DNA of 64,000 nt from Felis catus (lineage: Eukaryota), in NCBI RefSeq assembly GCF_018350175.1, contig NC_058373.1, forward strand, positions 115,632,001 to 115,696,000, written 5' to 3'. Under the pieces are notes generated by a model. It ran no database searches. It saw nothing but the letters and a program-made list of their open reading frames with translations, and was not told the DNA's origin. The number at the start of each line of letters is the position of its first letter. Position 1 is the first letter of the stretch. Positions 11,832 through 22,860 of the stretch are shown here, piece after piece. The position numbers were made by a program, and so were the translations under genes.

Positions 11832-13615
11832 ACAGTTTCGTCATTCTTGAACTCCAGCTCCCCGTACACGTCTTCAAAATCCTCACCACCACCCTTGGCT
11901 GTCCCCTCTACTGTCCTAAAGGGGACGATTACCGTGCCCCGGGCACCTGATGTCCGCAGAACCTTGACTTCCAGGACACCAATACTCTCACTGACACGAA
12001 TAGTGTCACACTCAAAAGTGAAGATGCCTGCGTGATCATCATCCAAGATGGTGACTGTGGCCACGTAAGGGGACGCCAGGATGGCCCGAGGCAACGGCAG
12101 ACTATTGAGTACTATTGGAGGAATCCCTTCCTCTGGTTGCTCCTCCTCCATCCGGACGTTGCTCAACCGCACGAAGAAGTGTTCATCCTCCTCAAAAATG
12201 TCATCATCAATGATGCCCACAGAGAACTCCTTCTGGGTCTCTCCTGGCTTCAGAACCACAGTGCCCTCCGTGAACTCGTAGTCAGCCCCTGCATTGGCAG
12301 AACCATCCTCTGTTTTGTAGTCCACGTACACGGTCTTGGACATGTCCCCCCCTTTCCTCACCACTGTCAGGAGTACAGCCCCGCAGTTCTCCAGGCACTG
12401 GTAAGAGCATGGGTCAAAGAAGACCTTTGAGACGAAGTCCTCGGGCTCATTGGTGTGCACCTCGCTTATGCTGGAGGCCTTTTTGGCTTGTTCTGCTGCA
12501 TGCTTCTTCAGAATATTGCCTGCGCCGGTCATCATACGGGTCGCTTGGATCCGGTAGAAGGCACGGCTCTTCTGTTGATGGGAAAGAGCATAGTAATTGG
12601 CCATCTCTACCAGCTGATCTAAGTCCTTCTCTGGGTGTTTTTGCTTCAGATCCTTTAGAATCCGGATCATCTCCCTGCGGGACTCATCCACTTCCTTCCC
12701 CTCCAGGGGCACCAGGTTCCCATCCAGGAAGTGGGAATTCATCATTTTCCCATCCATCTCAATGCCCTTGGGGTGGTTACCCTCTGTCTCTATGATAACC
12801 CCTCGGTGTTTATCGGTGCGGTACTTTTTGTGCATGTATTTGTAGAAGAGCAGTCGCCTGTCTGCCACCCAGGCCAGAAGGACACACACTGGAAAGAAGA
12901 AGAGAGTGAGAAGGCCTTCCCAAACCTGAACCACACCAGGAGAGAAGACTGCCAGGATCATATAGAGCCAGATGTAGGCAAAGATACTCCAGGCAGCAGT
13001 GATGAGGAAGACCCGGAGGTGCTTGATCTTACGAGTCTCTCCGTCAGGGATCACGGAGACGCAGATTCCAATGATGATGAACATGTTAAAAGCTGCACTA
13101 CCTACGATGGTAGAAGGTCCCAGATCCCCAGCGATGAAGCCATGACCACACACCTCAATTAAAGACAGAAGGATCTCCGGAGCAGAGGAACCCAGGGCCA
13201 TGAGGGTCAGGTTGGAGACAGTTTCATTCCAGACCCGAATTGTTGTCGTGCTGGTCTCTCCATTGGGCTTTTTGACGGTCACCTCTCTCTCTTGAGAAGT
13301 GATGACTTCAATAGATGCCATGAAGCGGTCAGCAATGATGGACACCCCAAGGAACATGTAGATCAGGGCCACAAAATAGACAATGACCCTGGCAATCTTG
13401 TCCCCAAGGGAAGGGTTCTCCGGGTACCAGATTGGTAGGATGACACCCTCCTTGCAGTCTGAGGACTCTGAGCAGGACTCATTGTTCTGTCCTGTGCTGG
13501 GCACATCCCCTGAGCCACCAGCCTCCGCCCGGAGACCATTCAGGAAGAGCACAAAAGTAATCAGCCCAAAATGGAGGAAGGCAGAGGTGAGAGGCTGTAA
13601 CCTTAACCACGCCAT
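11832..13615 (-). CDS. SLC8A3: Sodium/calcium exchanger 3 (NCX3), coding part of exon 2 (residues 1-595; the gene continues beyond the left edge)
   Basis: The translation MAWLRLQPLTSAFLHFGL... has a signal peptide, the alpha-1 repeat (NLTLMALGSSAPE...GSAAFN), the XIP region (RRLLFYKYMHKKYR), and Calx-beta CBD1 (DDDIFEEDEHF, DDDHAG) with the start of CBD2. The true ATG is at 13615; the ORF-track start at 13621 is TTG. The exon ends at a phase-2 donor ACT GT|GTAAGT (intron begins 11831), giving 1784 coding nt. Confidence 0.98.
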
Positions 13616-13677
13616 ACACAAGACTTAGCCGCTGGCTTCCACTGCAGCACCAATGGTCCTCCCGATGGGCCAGAGAC
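11832..13677 (-). other. SLC8A3: SLC8A3 exon 2 (1846 nt: 62 nt 5'UTR + 1784 nt CDS)
   Basis: Minus-strand polypyrimidine tract CCTTTTCCTGCCTCTCTGGTCTCTCCTAG|GTCTCTGG puts the acceptor AG at 13679-13678. Consensus donor GTAAGT at 11831-11826. Confidence 0.93.
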
Positions 13678-14789
13678 CTAGGAGAGACCAGAGAGGCAGG
13701 AAAAGGCATGAGGAAAAGGGGGACAGCAAATGGCGGGTTCCCACCAATACAAACCGACGTTTCACCTTGAGCGACATATTGCACTAACATATGGGGCAGT
13801 CTCTCACTTGGAAAAAAAGATGTCAATGGGAAGCACGAATAGCTGCTCTGTCCACAGGACCATCTGGTGGAGACTCAGTTGAAGAATGGCTTAAAATAGC
13901 TGGGAATACTGGTAATGGAAACATAAGTGATACCCTTCTAGTCCTGTCTCAGGCCCCACTGTTATCTGTGAGAGTTAAGAATCAACCGAAAATAGGCCAA
14001 GCATGACCTGAATCTTCATCCCCACTTACACTGTTTCCAGGCTTCTTCACCCCTACCATTTCCACACTCAAGAATTCTGCATGGCATACGTGCGCCAGGG
14101 TATACACCGAACTTTTTTCACGGATGACTCCCCCAAAATAAAATACGTTGCCCTTTGTGCAATTGAGCCCACCTGGGAAAACTTCCTTCCCCAAATGCAA
14201 AACTTCTACAGGCAAGCCGTAATTCTGACATTGCTTGGGGAATCAAGAGGGTTGATCAGGTGGCGAATGCTACCTGCAGTATAGCTAAACGGGGGCCCTG
14301 AAAGCTGTGCTCAAGCCCCAATACCCAGCAGCTCTTATGAAAACTTGCTTACGAAACAGCTGAGGCATCCAGTTACAGGAAGATGAAATCAGTCAGCCAC
14401 TCAAACTCCACACCCAAACACTGGAAGGGCCGAGTGATAGAGATCACCATGACTGAAACGTACAAGTGGCTCTCAAATACTTTTTTTTTTAAATCGCAGA
14501 CACGATTTGGGGGTGAAATGCAGCCTCATCCGCCGGCCTCAGACCAGTAAGAGCGGAACACGAATTCAGGAGAATGAGAAGAAACTCAACAGAAACTACG
14601 GATTCATCTTTCCACTCATTGCCTCATTCAGACGCAAGGAGAATGCAAATATCCATGTGATAGCTCTAAAAAAAAAAAAGGAAAAAAGCTATTTGCCCAT
14701 TTTTCCACCTCTGCTGCACCCATGCGGGATACCTTTAGTAACAGAAGAATGCTGATTTGCGTCTGTACAGTACCTTAAAGGATTCAAAG

Positions 14790-15700
14790 TCCTGTCCTCC
14801 ACATCTGTCCCCCTTTCTCCACTGTTTCCCATCTCAGAATATGGCACCTCCATCCACCCTGTTACTCATGCCAGACAATGGGTATGTGTCTGCAGGCCTT
14901 CCCCCTTGCTCCTGTCCCTTGTGCACCCAGCACCGAAGCCTAGACTCTCCCCCCACCTCTACCAAAACCATCACAGCCACCATTACTCCTCACCTCACGA
15001 ATCTACTGCAGTGACCTCCTGACCGAACTCTCCACTCCATTTTCTCAGACAGCAACAGTCGCCTTTTCTAAAAACTCCAAACCTACACTGTCACATCCCT
15101 ACGTGAAGCGCTTCCGTAGTTTCTGCTTATCCTTAATATAAAGGTTCTTTACCATCACTTCTCGGACTTTTGGCTAAGATCAAGTGTACTATCTGTTCTC
15201 ATCAGTTTCAAGATTCTTTACCATGACCTACGAAGTCTCCCCCTTTATCTTCTGCCACACTCCCTCTTACTGCATTTCAGTAGCAATGGACTTCATGTCT
15301 GGCCCGGGATGGCACCAAGTTATTTTCCACCTCAAGACCTTTGCACACACGACATCATCCACGCACGCCTGAAATGACTATTTCTTCTTGGTACCCCTAC
15401 TCTTAACAAGGCTTTAGATCTTAGCTTAATATCACGGTCTCAGAAAAAATTACTCTCACTCCTAAAGACGGTCAACTTTCCCTGTTATGTCTTCTCATCA
15501 CACCCTCCTTTTCCTTCACGGCACTTATGAAACTCTGAAATTACATGTTTATTTGTGGGGTTATATAATGAATGTCTAACTCATCCATTACACTGTGAAT
15601 AAAATCAAGGCAGAAAGACTGCGTCTATTCTGTTTATCGTGGTGTCCTAAGTAGTCAATTAGTGCGTTCTCAGCAGCTGTATGTTTTTGGAATAAACAAA
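14790..15700 (+). mobile_element. L2 LINE 3' portion (degraded)
   Basis: L2-like segments: tcccatctcagaatatggcacctccatccaccc, actgcagtgacctcctgac, ctcaagacctttgcacac. Confidence 0.55.
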
Positions 15701-15727
15701 TATAGCCACTAAGGAAGCGTCCTCAGT

Positions 15728-16101
15728 GCTATGGACTGAACTGTGTCCCCCAGACCCCGCCATTCATATGATGAGCCCCTAGGCCCCAGTGTGACTGTAC
15801 TGGGAGGCGGAGCTTTTAGGAGGTAATTAAAGTTAAGTGCGGTTATAAGGGTGGGTCCTACTCTGATAGGATTGATGGCTTTATAAGAAGAGGAAGAGGA
15901 AGAGAGAAAGCGCTCTCTCCCCACCACATAGCCAGAAAGTGGCACGGGCAAGCCAGGAAGAGAGCTCTCTCCAGAAAATGAAATGGCCAGCGCCTCGATC
16001 TTGGACATTCTAGCCTCCAGAACTGCGAGGAAATGGGACTTCTATTGTGTAAGCCACCCAATCTGTGGTGTTTTGTTATGGCTGCCTGAGCAGACTAATA
16101 C
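15728..16101 (+). mobile_element. MLT1A/B-type solo LTR (ERVL-MaLR)
   Basis: Begins TGCTATGGACTGAA, contains ttggacattctagcctccagaactgcgag, ends ttttgttatggctgcctgagcagactaata. Confidence 0.8.
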
Positions 16102-16982
16102 TCTCAGACATCAGCCTTCTTTAAAGCCATTTTATGACCTGGATTATAGCCATTTGCTTTAGAAAACAATATGGAGATCTCATAGACATATCCTGACTGG
16201 ATTTTAGAGGCTACGTGTGACCTCTTTAAATTGTACTCAAAGAGAAATTCCCTTCAGGACACACTACACCTTGGTGCATACTGTAATCATGAAGGCCTCC
16301 CTTCCAAAGCGCTCCATGGATTAACTTGGTTTCATATTCCCCAGAATGGCAGCCAAGTGCTGAGGCCCACATTCCCCACGGCCCAGGTACTTGGGGTCAT
16401 CACAGCAGGTGTGTGGGGCTCTGACCGCCCTCAGAAAAGAGGATATGAGGATGACAATGGAAGAGTGGGGCAGCTGAAGGTGTTCCGTATCCGTATTCAA
16501 AGGTCGAAAAGTCTCTCAAAATCTGCGATGAACACAGATCCCCCCACCCTGGAGAAACGTGGACAGAGAAGGATCTTGGCACTTTGCCTTGACCTCTGAA
16601 AACCCTCCATTTTGCGGATTCTGATAAGCCCCATGCAGTAGGAGACAGAAGGTGGGCACAGCTGGAGCAGCTCTTTGATCAGAAGCCAACATGGTGACCG
16701 GAGGAGGCAGCTGCGTGGGCCAGCCAACCTGAAGGAGGTGGGCTATCCACAGGTTAGGGAAGAGGGCTGGCTTTCTGAAGCCAAAGGACATGGGACACTT
16801 AGGTAGTAGAGTTTTCCTGATTAACGGGGGACAGGGCTTCCTCTTCTCCTACCCGGCAGGGGGATAAGGATCATGGTCTTCGCTCTCCTAGGTCTTGCAA
16901 ACCACCTGCGACCACTGGTTTTCTGGAGAATACGCTGTCATGTGGTCAGAATGAGGGGCCACTCTAGAAAGACTGTTCCCTG

Positions 16983-17241
16983 GGGGCCCCTGGGGGGCTC
17001 AGTCGGTTAAGGGTCCAACTTTGTCTCGGGTCATGAGCTCGCCGTTCGTGGGTTCGAGCCCCATGTCGGGCTCTGTGCTGACAGCTCGGAGCCTGGAGCC
17101 TGCTTCGGATTCTGTGTCTTCCTCTCTCTCTGCCCCTCCCCTGCTCATACTCTGTCTCTCTGTCTCTCTCTCTCTCTCTCAAAAATAAATAAACATTACC
17201 AAAAAAATAATAAGAAAGAAAGAAAGAAAGAAAGAAAGAAA

Positions 17242-17270
<29 letters not shown>
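16983..17270 (+). mobile_element. CanSINE with an (AAAG)n-expanded tail
   Basis: TSD GAAAGACTGTTCCCTG; tail converted to AAAG repeats at 17213-17271. Confidence 0.93.
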
Positions 17271-17273
<3 letters not shown>

Positions 17274-17970
17274 CTGTTCCCTGAGAAACAAATAAACTGA
17301 AGGCAAAGATGAAAGAAAACAAGGCAGGAAGGTAGCTAGTAAATGCCTGCACCAAGTTCTTGGAATTGACGGTGGAAAATGATCTGTGAATTCCCAGTTG
17401 TTCCTTCCGGCCCTGCCAGGAAATGGTTTCTGCCCGAGATGTCAGGAGGACAGTGGACACGGTGGACAGACACAGCCAATAGTCATTTTTGTGTGTGTAC
17501 TGTTACCCCAGCCCCAGACACAACTGAGGCAGCTCCCGACCTACTGGGGACCCACCCCAGCTCCTTAGAGAACCAAATATCTCCTGTGGTTCCAGAAGGC
17601 TCTTAATCAGCCCTAAAGTACGTATACTCAGGTATCTGACTCCGTTTGGGAGCCCCAACACCTCCCCAAATAGTGAAGATGTTAATAACAGTAACTAACA
17701 CATCTAAGTGCTTCTCATGTGCATAATGCCCAGTACTTACTTCCTCACTTGATCTTCAGAGCAATCCTATGAGATTAGTACTATTTTTATCCCTGCTTTA
17801 TATTTTGGGAAACTAAGCCTTAATTAAGTCATTTACTCAAAGTATAAAGCAAGGAAATAGAAAAGCCAGAACTCACACACAGATGACATAAAATTTATGT
17901 TTTTAACCACTCCATTTTGCTAAGATGTCCCACTTTGTTGTAGAATGTCCATGGCCCCATCAGCTTCCAC

Positions 17971-18202
17971 TTTTCTTTTTTTTTAATTTTTTTAATATTG
18001 TATTTATTGTTGAGAGAGAGAGAGAGAGACAGAGTGAAAGTGGGGGAGGGGAAGAGAGAGAGGGAGCCACAGAATCCGAAGCAGGCTCCAGGCCTCTGAG
18101 CTGTCAGCACAGAGCCCGACGCGGGGCTCAAACTCACAAACGGTGAGATCATGACCTGAGCCGAAGTCAGACGCTGAACCGACTGAGCCACCCAAGTGCC
18201 TC
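17971..18202 (-). mobile_element. CanSINE
   Basis: Antisense SINEC; TSD-like ccagttttct / ccacttttct. Confidence 0.92.
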
Positions 18203-18640
18203 TCAGCGTCCAGTTTTCTGTGGACTTCGAAGCAATATGACTGACCCATGGACCCTGATGGGGGAGACCAACCATGTGGCAGAGCTACCTAGTCCCCAGG
18301 CTCACTGGTGCGCCCTGGCTGGCTGAGGCAGTCTCCCACCTGAATACTCTCTTCCCCTTCGGTTCAGTGTGACAAAATTAGCCAACGCCTATGATCTGTC
18401 AGGACTCTACCAGATGCCAATGGGCAAAATGAAAAGTAACACACAGGCTTTGCCCTCAAAGGTACAATCCAGCAGGCCCGGACAGCTGCGCAAATAGGCA
18501 TTTTTACTGTGATAAGTGAAGGCGCAGGCAGGATGCTGTGGGAACATGAGGAAGGCACTGAGCCAGCTTGGGGATTCAGGGAGGCATTCTGAAGGAAGTG
18601 ATCCTTGAAATGAGTCTTCAAGCCTGAGTGAGCTGTGGTC

Positions 18641-18656
18641 AAAAAGAAGAAGGAAG

Positions 18657-18747
<91 letters not shown>

Positions 18748-18954
18748 AGTGAGGAAGGAAGGAAGGAAGGAAGGAAGGAAGGAAGGAAGGAAGGAAGGAA
18801 GGAGATGTGATGGAGGGAGGGAGGAGTGAGAGGGAAAGAAGGAGGGAGGGAGGGATATAAGGAGGGAGGCGAGGGACGGAGGAAAGGAAGGAAGGAAGGA
18901 AGGAAGGAAGGAAGGAAGGAAGGAAGGAAGGAAGGAAAGAAGGGAGAAAGAGGG
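18641..18954. repeat. Compound polypurine microsatellite (AAAG)n-(AAGG)n-(GGAG)-(AAGG)n
   Basis: Directly visible; about 310 bp with very few pyrimidines on the + strand. Confidence 0.97.
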
Positions 18955-19043
18955 ACATTTGAGTCAAACGGATAGACCAAGAAAAGACATGGAGACATGG
19001 AAAAGCCTGCTGTGTGCTTGGATTTACAAGGAATTCAGTGTGA

Positions 19044-19271
19044 GGGGCACCTGCGTGGCTCAGTCGGTTAAGCGTCCAACTCTTTGGTTTTGGCTCTGGT
19101 CATGATCTCACGCTTTGTGAGTTCGAACCCTGCATCAGGCTCTGTGCTGACAGCGCGGAGCCTGCTTGACATTCTCTCCCTCCCTCTCTCTCTGCCCCTC
19201 CCCCACTCACTCACTCTGTCTCTCTCTCAAAAATAAATAAACTTAAAAAAAAAAACAAAAAAAAAAAAAAA
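19044..19271 (+). mobile_element. CanSINE
   Basis: TSD ACAAGGAATTCAGTGTGAGG. Confidence 0.93.
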
Positions 19272-21601
19272 CAAGGAATTCAGTGTGAGGCAGGAGGGGC
19301 GAAGACGAGTGGCCAGAAGACTGGACACGTAGGAAGGACTGGGTTCATGGCAAGTCTTATAGGCTAGGCTGAGATGACGGGATTTCAACCCAAGGTCAGT
19401 CAAAGGCCAATGAAAGGATTTCAAACAGGAGAACGACGAGGTCTGATTTGTATTTCAGAAAAACCAATTTGGCTAAAGGGTTTAAGATGGCTGTTAAGAA
19501 GAACCAGACCGGAGCAGGATGATCAGTGAGAGATCTCTTGGAAACACAGCAGATACAGATAAAAGAGGGTGGGCCTGGAACATTTTCTGCAGATGATGAC
19601 CCTCTGTCCCCATGTCACACTCTTCTTCCTCAGCTGAACCAATGGCCCAACTCGGCCCATGGCTTCTCATCCCTTTCCTGGATTATTTTCCGAACACCCC
19701 CAGGGCCATCTGCAAGGTGTCTGTGTCCTCAGCAGTGGCTCCTGACATCTTTTAATATCACTGGCAAATTTAATTAAAGTCACTGTTCCTCTGCTCTTCC
19801 AGATCATTAATAAAACAGTGCCACCAGGCCAGACTGAGCAAATTCCCCCTCCTGCTACGCCCTCCACTTTCTCCAATGGGAACACTGCTCCAGGCCTGTC
19901 ACCAGCCTGGGTAGAGTCGTCCTGCTCTGCTTCTAAATCTGGGCCCCTGCACAGGCGTCACGGCCAATTTACATTAAAGTTTTAGTGCAGCCGGGCTGCA
20001 CTGGATCCAACGTGTCACCGGAGTCCCTGAGCCCTGCATCTTCTGTACCTTCTCTGCCTACAGGGATGACCGTCGGTACAGAGTCCTCTCTGGCAGTGCT
20101 CCCCAGAAACACAGGAACGAAATCCCTTGCACCCGCAAGAGTGGGAAAGATGTGACCTCAGCTGCTTAGGTAGTTTGTCACACTGGAGCTTGGATCCAAG
20201 GAGGAAAACATAATGGTGCTGGCTTTTGTGCATTATTATCTCTTTGAATCTTCGCGGTGAAGGAGCCGCTATCACCATCGTGCTCCGTTTTGCAGGTAAG
20301 CTAATTTGAGCTCCCAAAGATTAAGTAATTTGCCTAAAAATCACGGTAAGTAGAAAACTAAGCATCTGAGTACTGGCAGCCCGACTCCGAGACCTATGGT
20401 GTCCACCACTGGCTTGAGACGGACCCTGGATTTGGGGACCCCTTTGAGCAAGGGCCCAGGAAGGACGGGGTAGGCCTTTCTGGGTGTGCATGAGCTTGGC
20501 AGTTCTCCATACTCCAAGGCAGCCTGGAGCACTGACAGAGCCCCAGATTTGAAAGCAGGAGACAAGAGCTTTTTCCACAAGCTGGAAGAATTCAAAGAGT
20601 CAGTGAACCTCTCAGGGGGTTAGCTTCCTCGTCCAGAAAACTCACGTCGGGTGGGATGGTCTCCACATCGGTCCTCTTTGACAAAGGTGCCCCGACTGCA
20701 GGCAGGCCTGTCTCTCCACGGGCAGGGAACCGAAGGGACACATTCAGGTTAGGTTGGCCCATAGCCCTGTGAGAACCAGGCATGGGATTCAGACTCCCAC
20801 GGAGCCCTGAGAGTATAAGAGGGTAGGTTGAGGGAGGACAGTAGGAAAGGGGGGACCCAAAGAAAGAGTCAAGGAGAGAGCCTACCTTCTGGATCCGCCA
20901 AAAGCACATTGGATCAAATCCATTTTTTAAACAACTGCTCTCTGAATGCCCATTTGGGGCCAAGCTCTGTGCTAGTGAGTGGGAGTGCAGCCACGAATGA
21001 GCTACACCACCTCTCCACCCTTACAGAATTTTTATCTTCTGGTGAGGGAGGGAAGCAAATACGCAATCACAAGAGCGAGTGATTGCAATGATGCCACGGG
21101 AACGAAGATCTTTCACTTGTGCTGCTCTAAACCCTCAGGTTGGTCACTCCCAGCTGTCTCAAACCACGAGGGCAGTGGCTGCAATGCAGCACGGCTTCAC
21201 GACAGAGAGAACCTCGCAGTAGTACGTGGTATGGCATCTCACCGTTCTTGCTTCTCCGGTCTCCTGAGCTTGTCGTATTTGCCTTCCCTGAAGACCGTCA
21301 AATTCGTAATAACATCCAAACCACAGGAAACCCCATGGGACCCTGCTGACGTTCTCCTCGGTGCCGTCGCACCAGAAGTGGCAGCCTCCCCGGGGGGAGT
21401 AGGGCACCAGCAGGCCCTACGCACCTCATGCTTTGCACACACCATCTTAAAAATGACAACAAAAACAATAATCATATCTATCCATCAAGGACCAGCTCTG
21501 TGGCCAGAACTGCATTAAGTGCTTTTATGGCTGCTATTTCATACCCAAGCACCCCACGATAAGACACGTATTATTATCTGTGTTAGAAATGAGGGGATTT
21601 A

Positions 21602-22030
21602 GGGGCGCCTGGGTGGCGCAGTCGGTTAAGCGTCCGACTTCAGCCAGGTCACGATCTCGCGGTCCGGGAGTTCGAGCCCCGCGTCAGGCTCTGGGCTGAT
21701 GGCTCGGAGCCTGGAGCCTGTTTCCGATTCTGTGTCTCCCTCTGCCTCTGCCCCTCCCCGTTCATGCTCTGTCTCTCTCTGTCCCAAAAATAAATAAACG
21801 TTGAAAAAAAAAAAAAAAGAAATGAGGGGATTTAGGGGCGCCTAGGTGGCTCAGCTGGGTAAGCATCCGGCTTCGGCTCAGGTAATGATCTCACGGTTCG
21901 TGAGTTTGAGCCCCATGTCGGGCTCTCTGCTGTCAGCACAGAGCCCGCTTCAAATCGTCTCTTCTTCCCACCCTTCTGCCCCTTCCCTGCTCACTCTCTC
22001 AAAAATAACATATATAATTTTTTAAAAATT
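21602..22030 (+). mobile_element. Two tandem CanSINEs (21602-21818 young; 21835-22030 older)
   Basis: Two heads GGGGCGCCT(G/A)GGTGGC; the target sequence AGAAATGAGGGGATTTA occurs three times (third copy diverged). Confidence 0.93.
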
Positions 22031-22704
22031 TAGAAATGAGAGAGGATTTGGGCTCAAAGATTAATAACCCACCCAAAGTCCACTAGATGAGCACTACTAG
22101 GCTATGAAATTTGGTATGTCCAATGCCCAAAACTGCTTTCCAACCCCAGGGGATGAGAGGGATGGTGGAAAAGCAGGGTAGGAATCTGGAGCCCATAAGT
22201 CAAGAACCGCGGGTCCCAGAACCCTCGACCTCCTTTGGAAAACCTTCCCCGACAAAGCCCTCTTCCTCCACCTTCTACACCCTCATGGAAACTCCCTGAG
22301 GGACCTCAACTCTATATTGGGAAGCCTTATTTTTTTACTTTTCTGTTTTAGGACAAGTGGTCACACTCAGTGAAACTCTACTGATAGGACAAAGAGGTTG
22401 GACGTGACCTCTGACATCCTTTCTGCCTCTCTGCCTAAAATTCTACGACTCAAGGGCTCATTGATTCTATGATTCTAAGGTTTACCGGACTCTGTAGAAG
22501 CCAGAGGTTTTTGCCCTCTGCAAGTCTCTCGCAGGTCTAGGATGCCACGAACAATGAGAGTGGGCCGGAGACGTGGGAAGAGGAAAGGCTTTGCCCGCCG
22601 AAATTCTGTTTCTCCCACTGCTGGATCTACATCTGCCTTTAAGTCACCCCCCAGCCCCCCACCGAGCTGGAGGCAATGACGGAACTAGGACCACATGCTG
22701 AAGA

Positions 22705-22860
22705 GGGATGTGCATTAGAATAACTCTGGAGCTCTAAAAACATACAGACACCTGGATCCGGCTCCAAACCTAAGTTCTGGACTCTCTGGGAGTCCTAGAT
22801 ATTGAAGTGCCTTAAAATTTCCTTGCCTGATTTTGAGGTACAACCAAGGCTGAAAATCCT
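22705..22860. mobile_element. MER5-family hAT MITE remnant
   Basis: tgcattagaataactctggagctctaaaaa...tgattttgaggtacaaccaaggctgaaaa. Confidence 0.45.

Noticed and set aside
13616..13621. ORF-track start 'MC' extending NCX3 by two residues
   Set aside because: The codon at 13621 is TTG. The first in-frame ATG at 13615 gives the known MAWLRLQ N-terminus.
11579..13628. Plus-strand ORFs opposite exon 2
   Set aside because: Antisense shadows of the NCX3 coding sequence.
18407..18998. ORFs of (FLPS)n, (FFLS)n and (KKER)n
   Set aside because: Translations of the tetranucleotide microsatellite.
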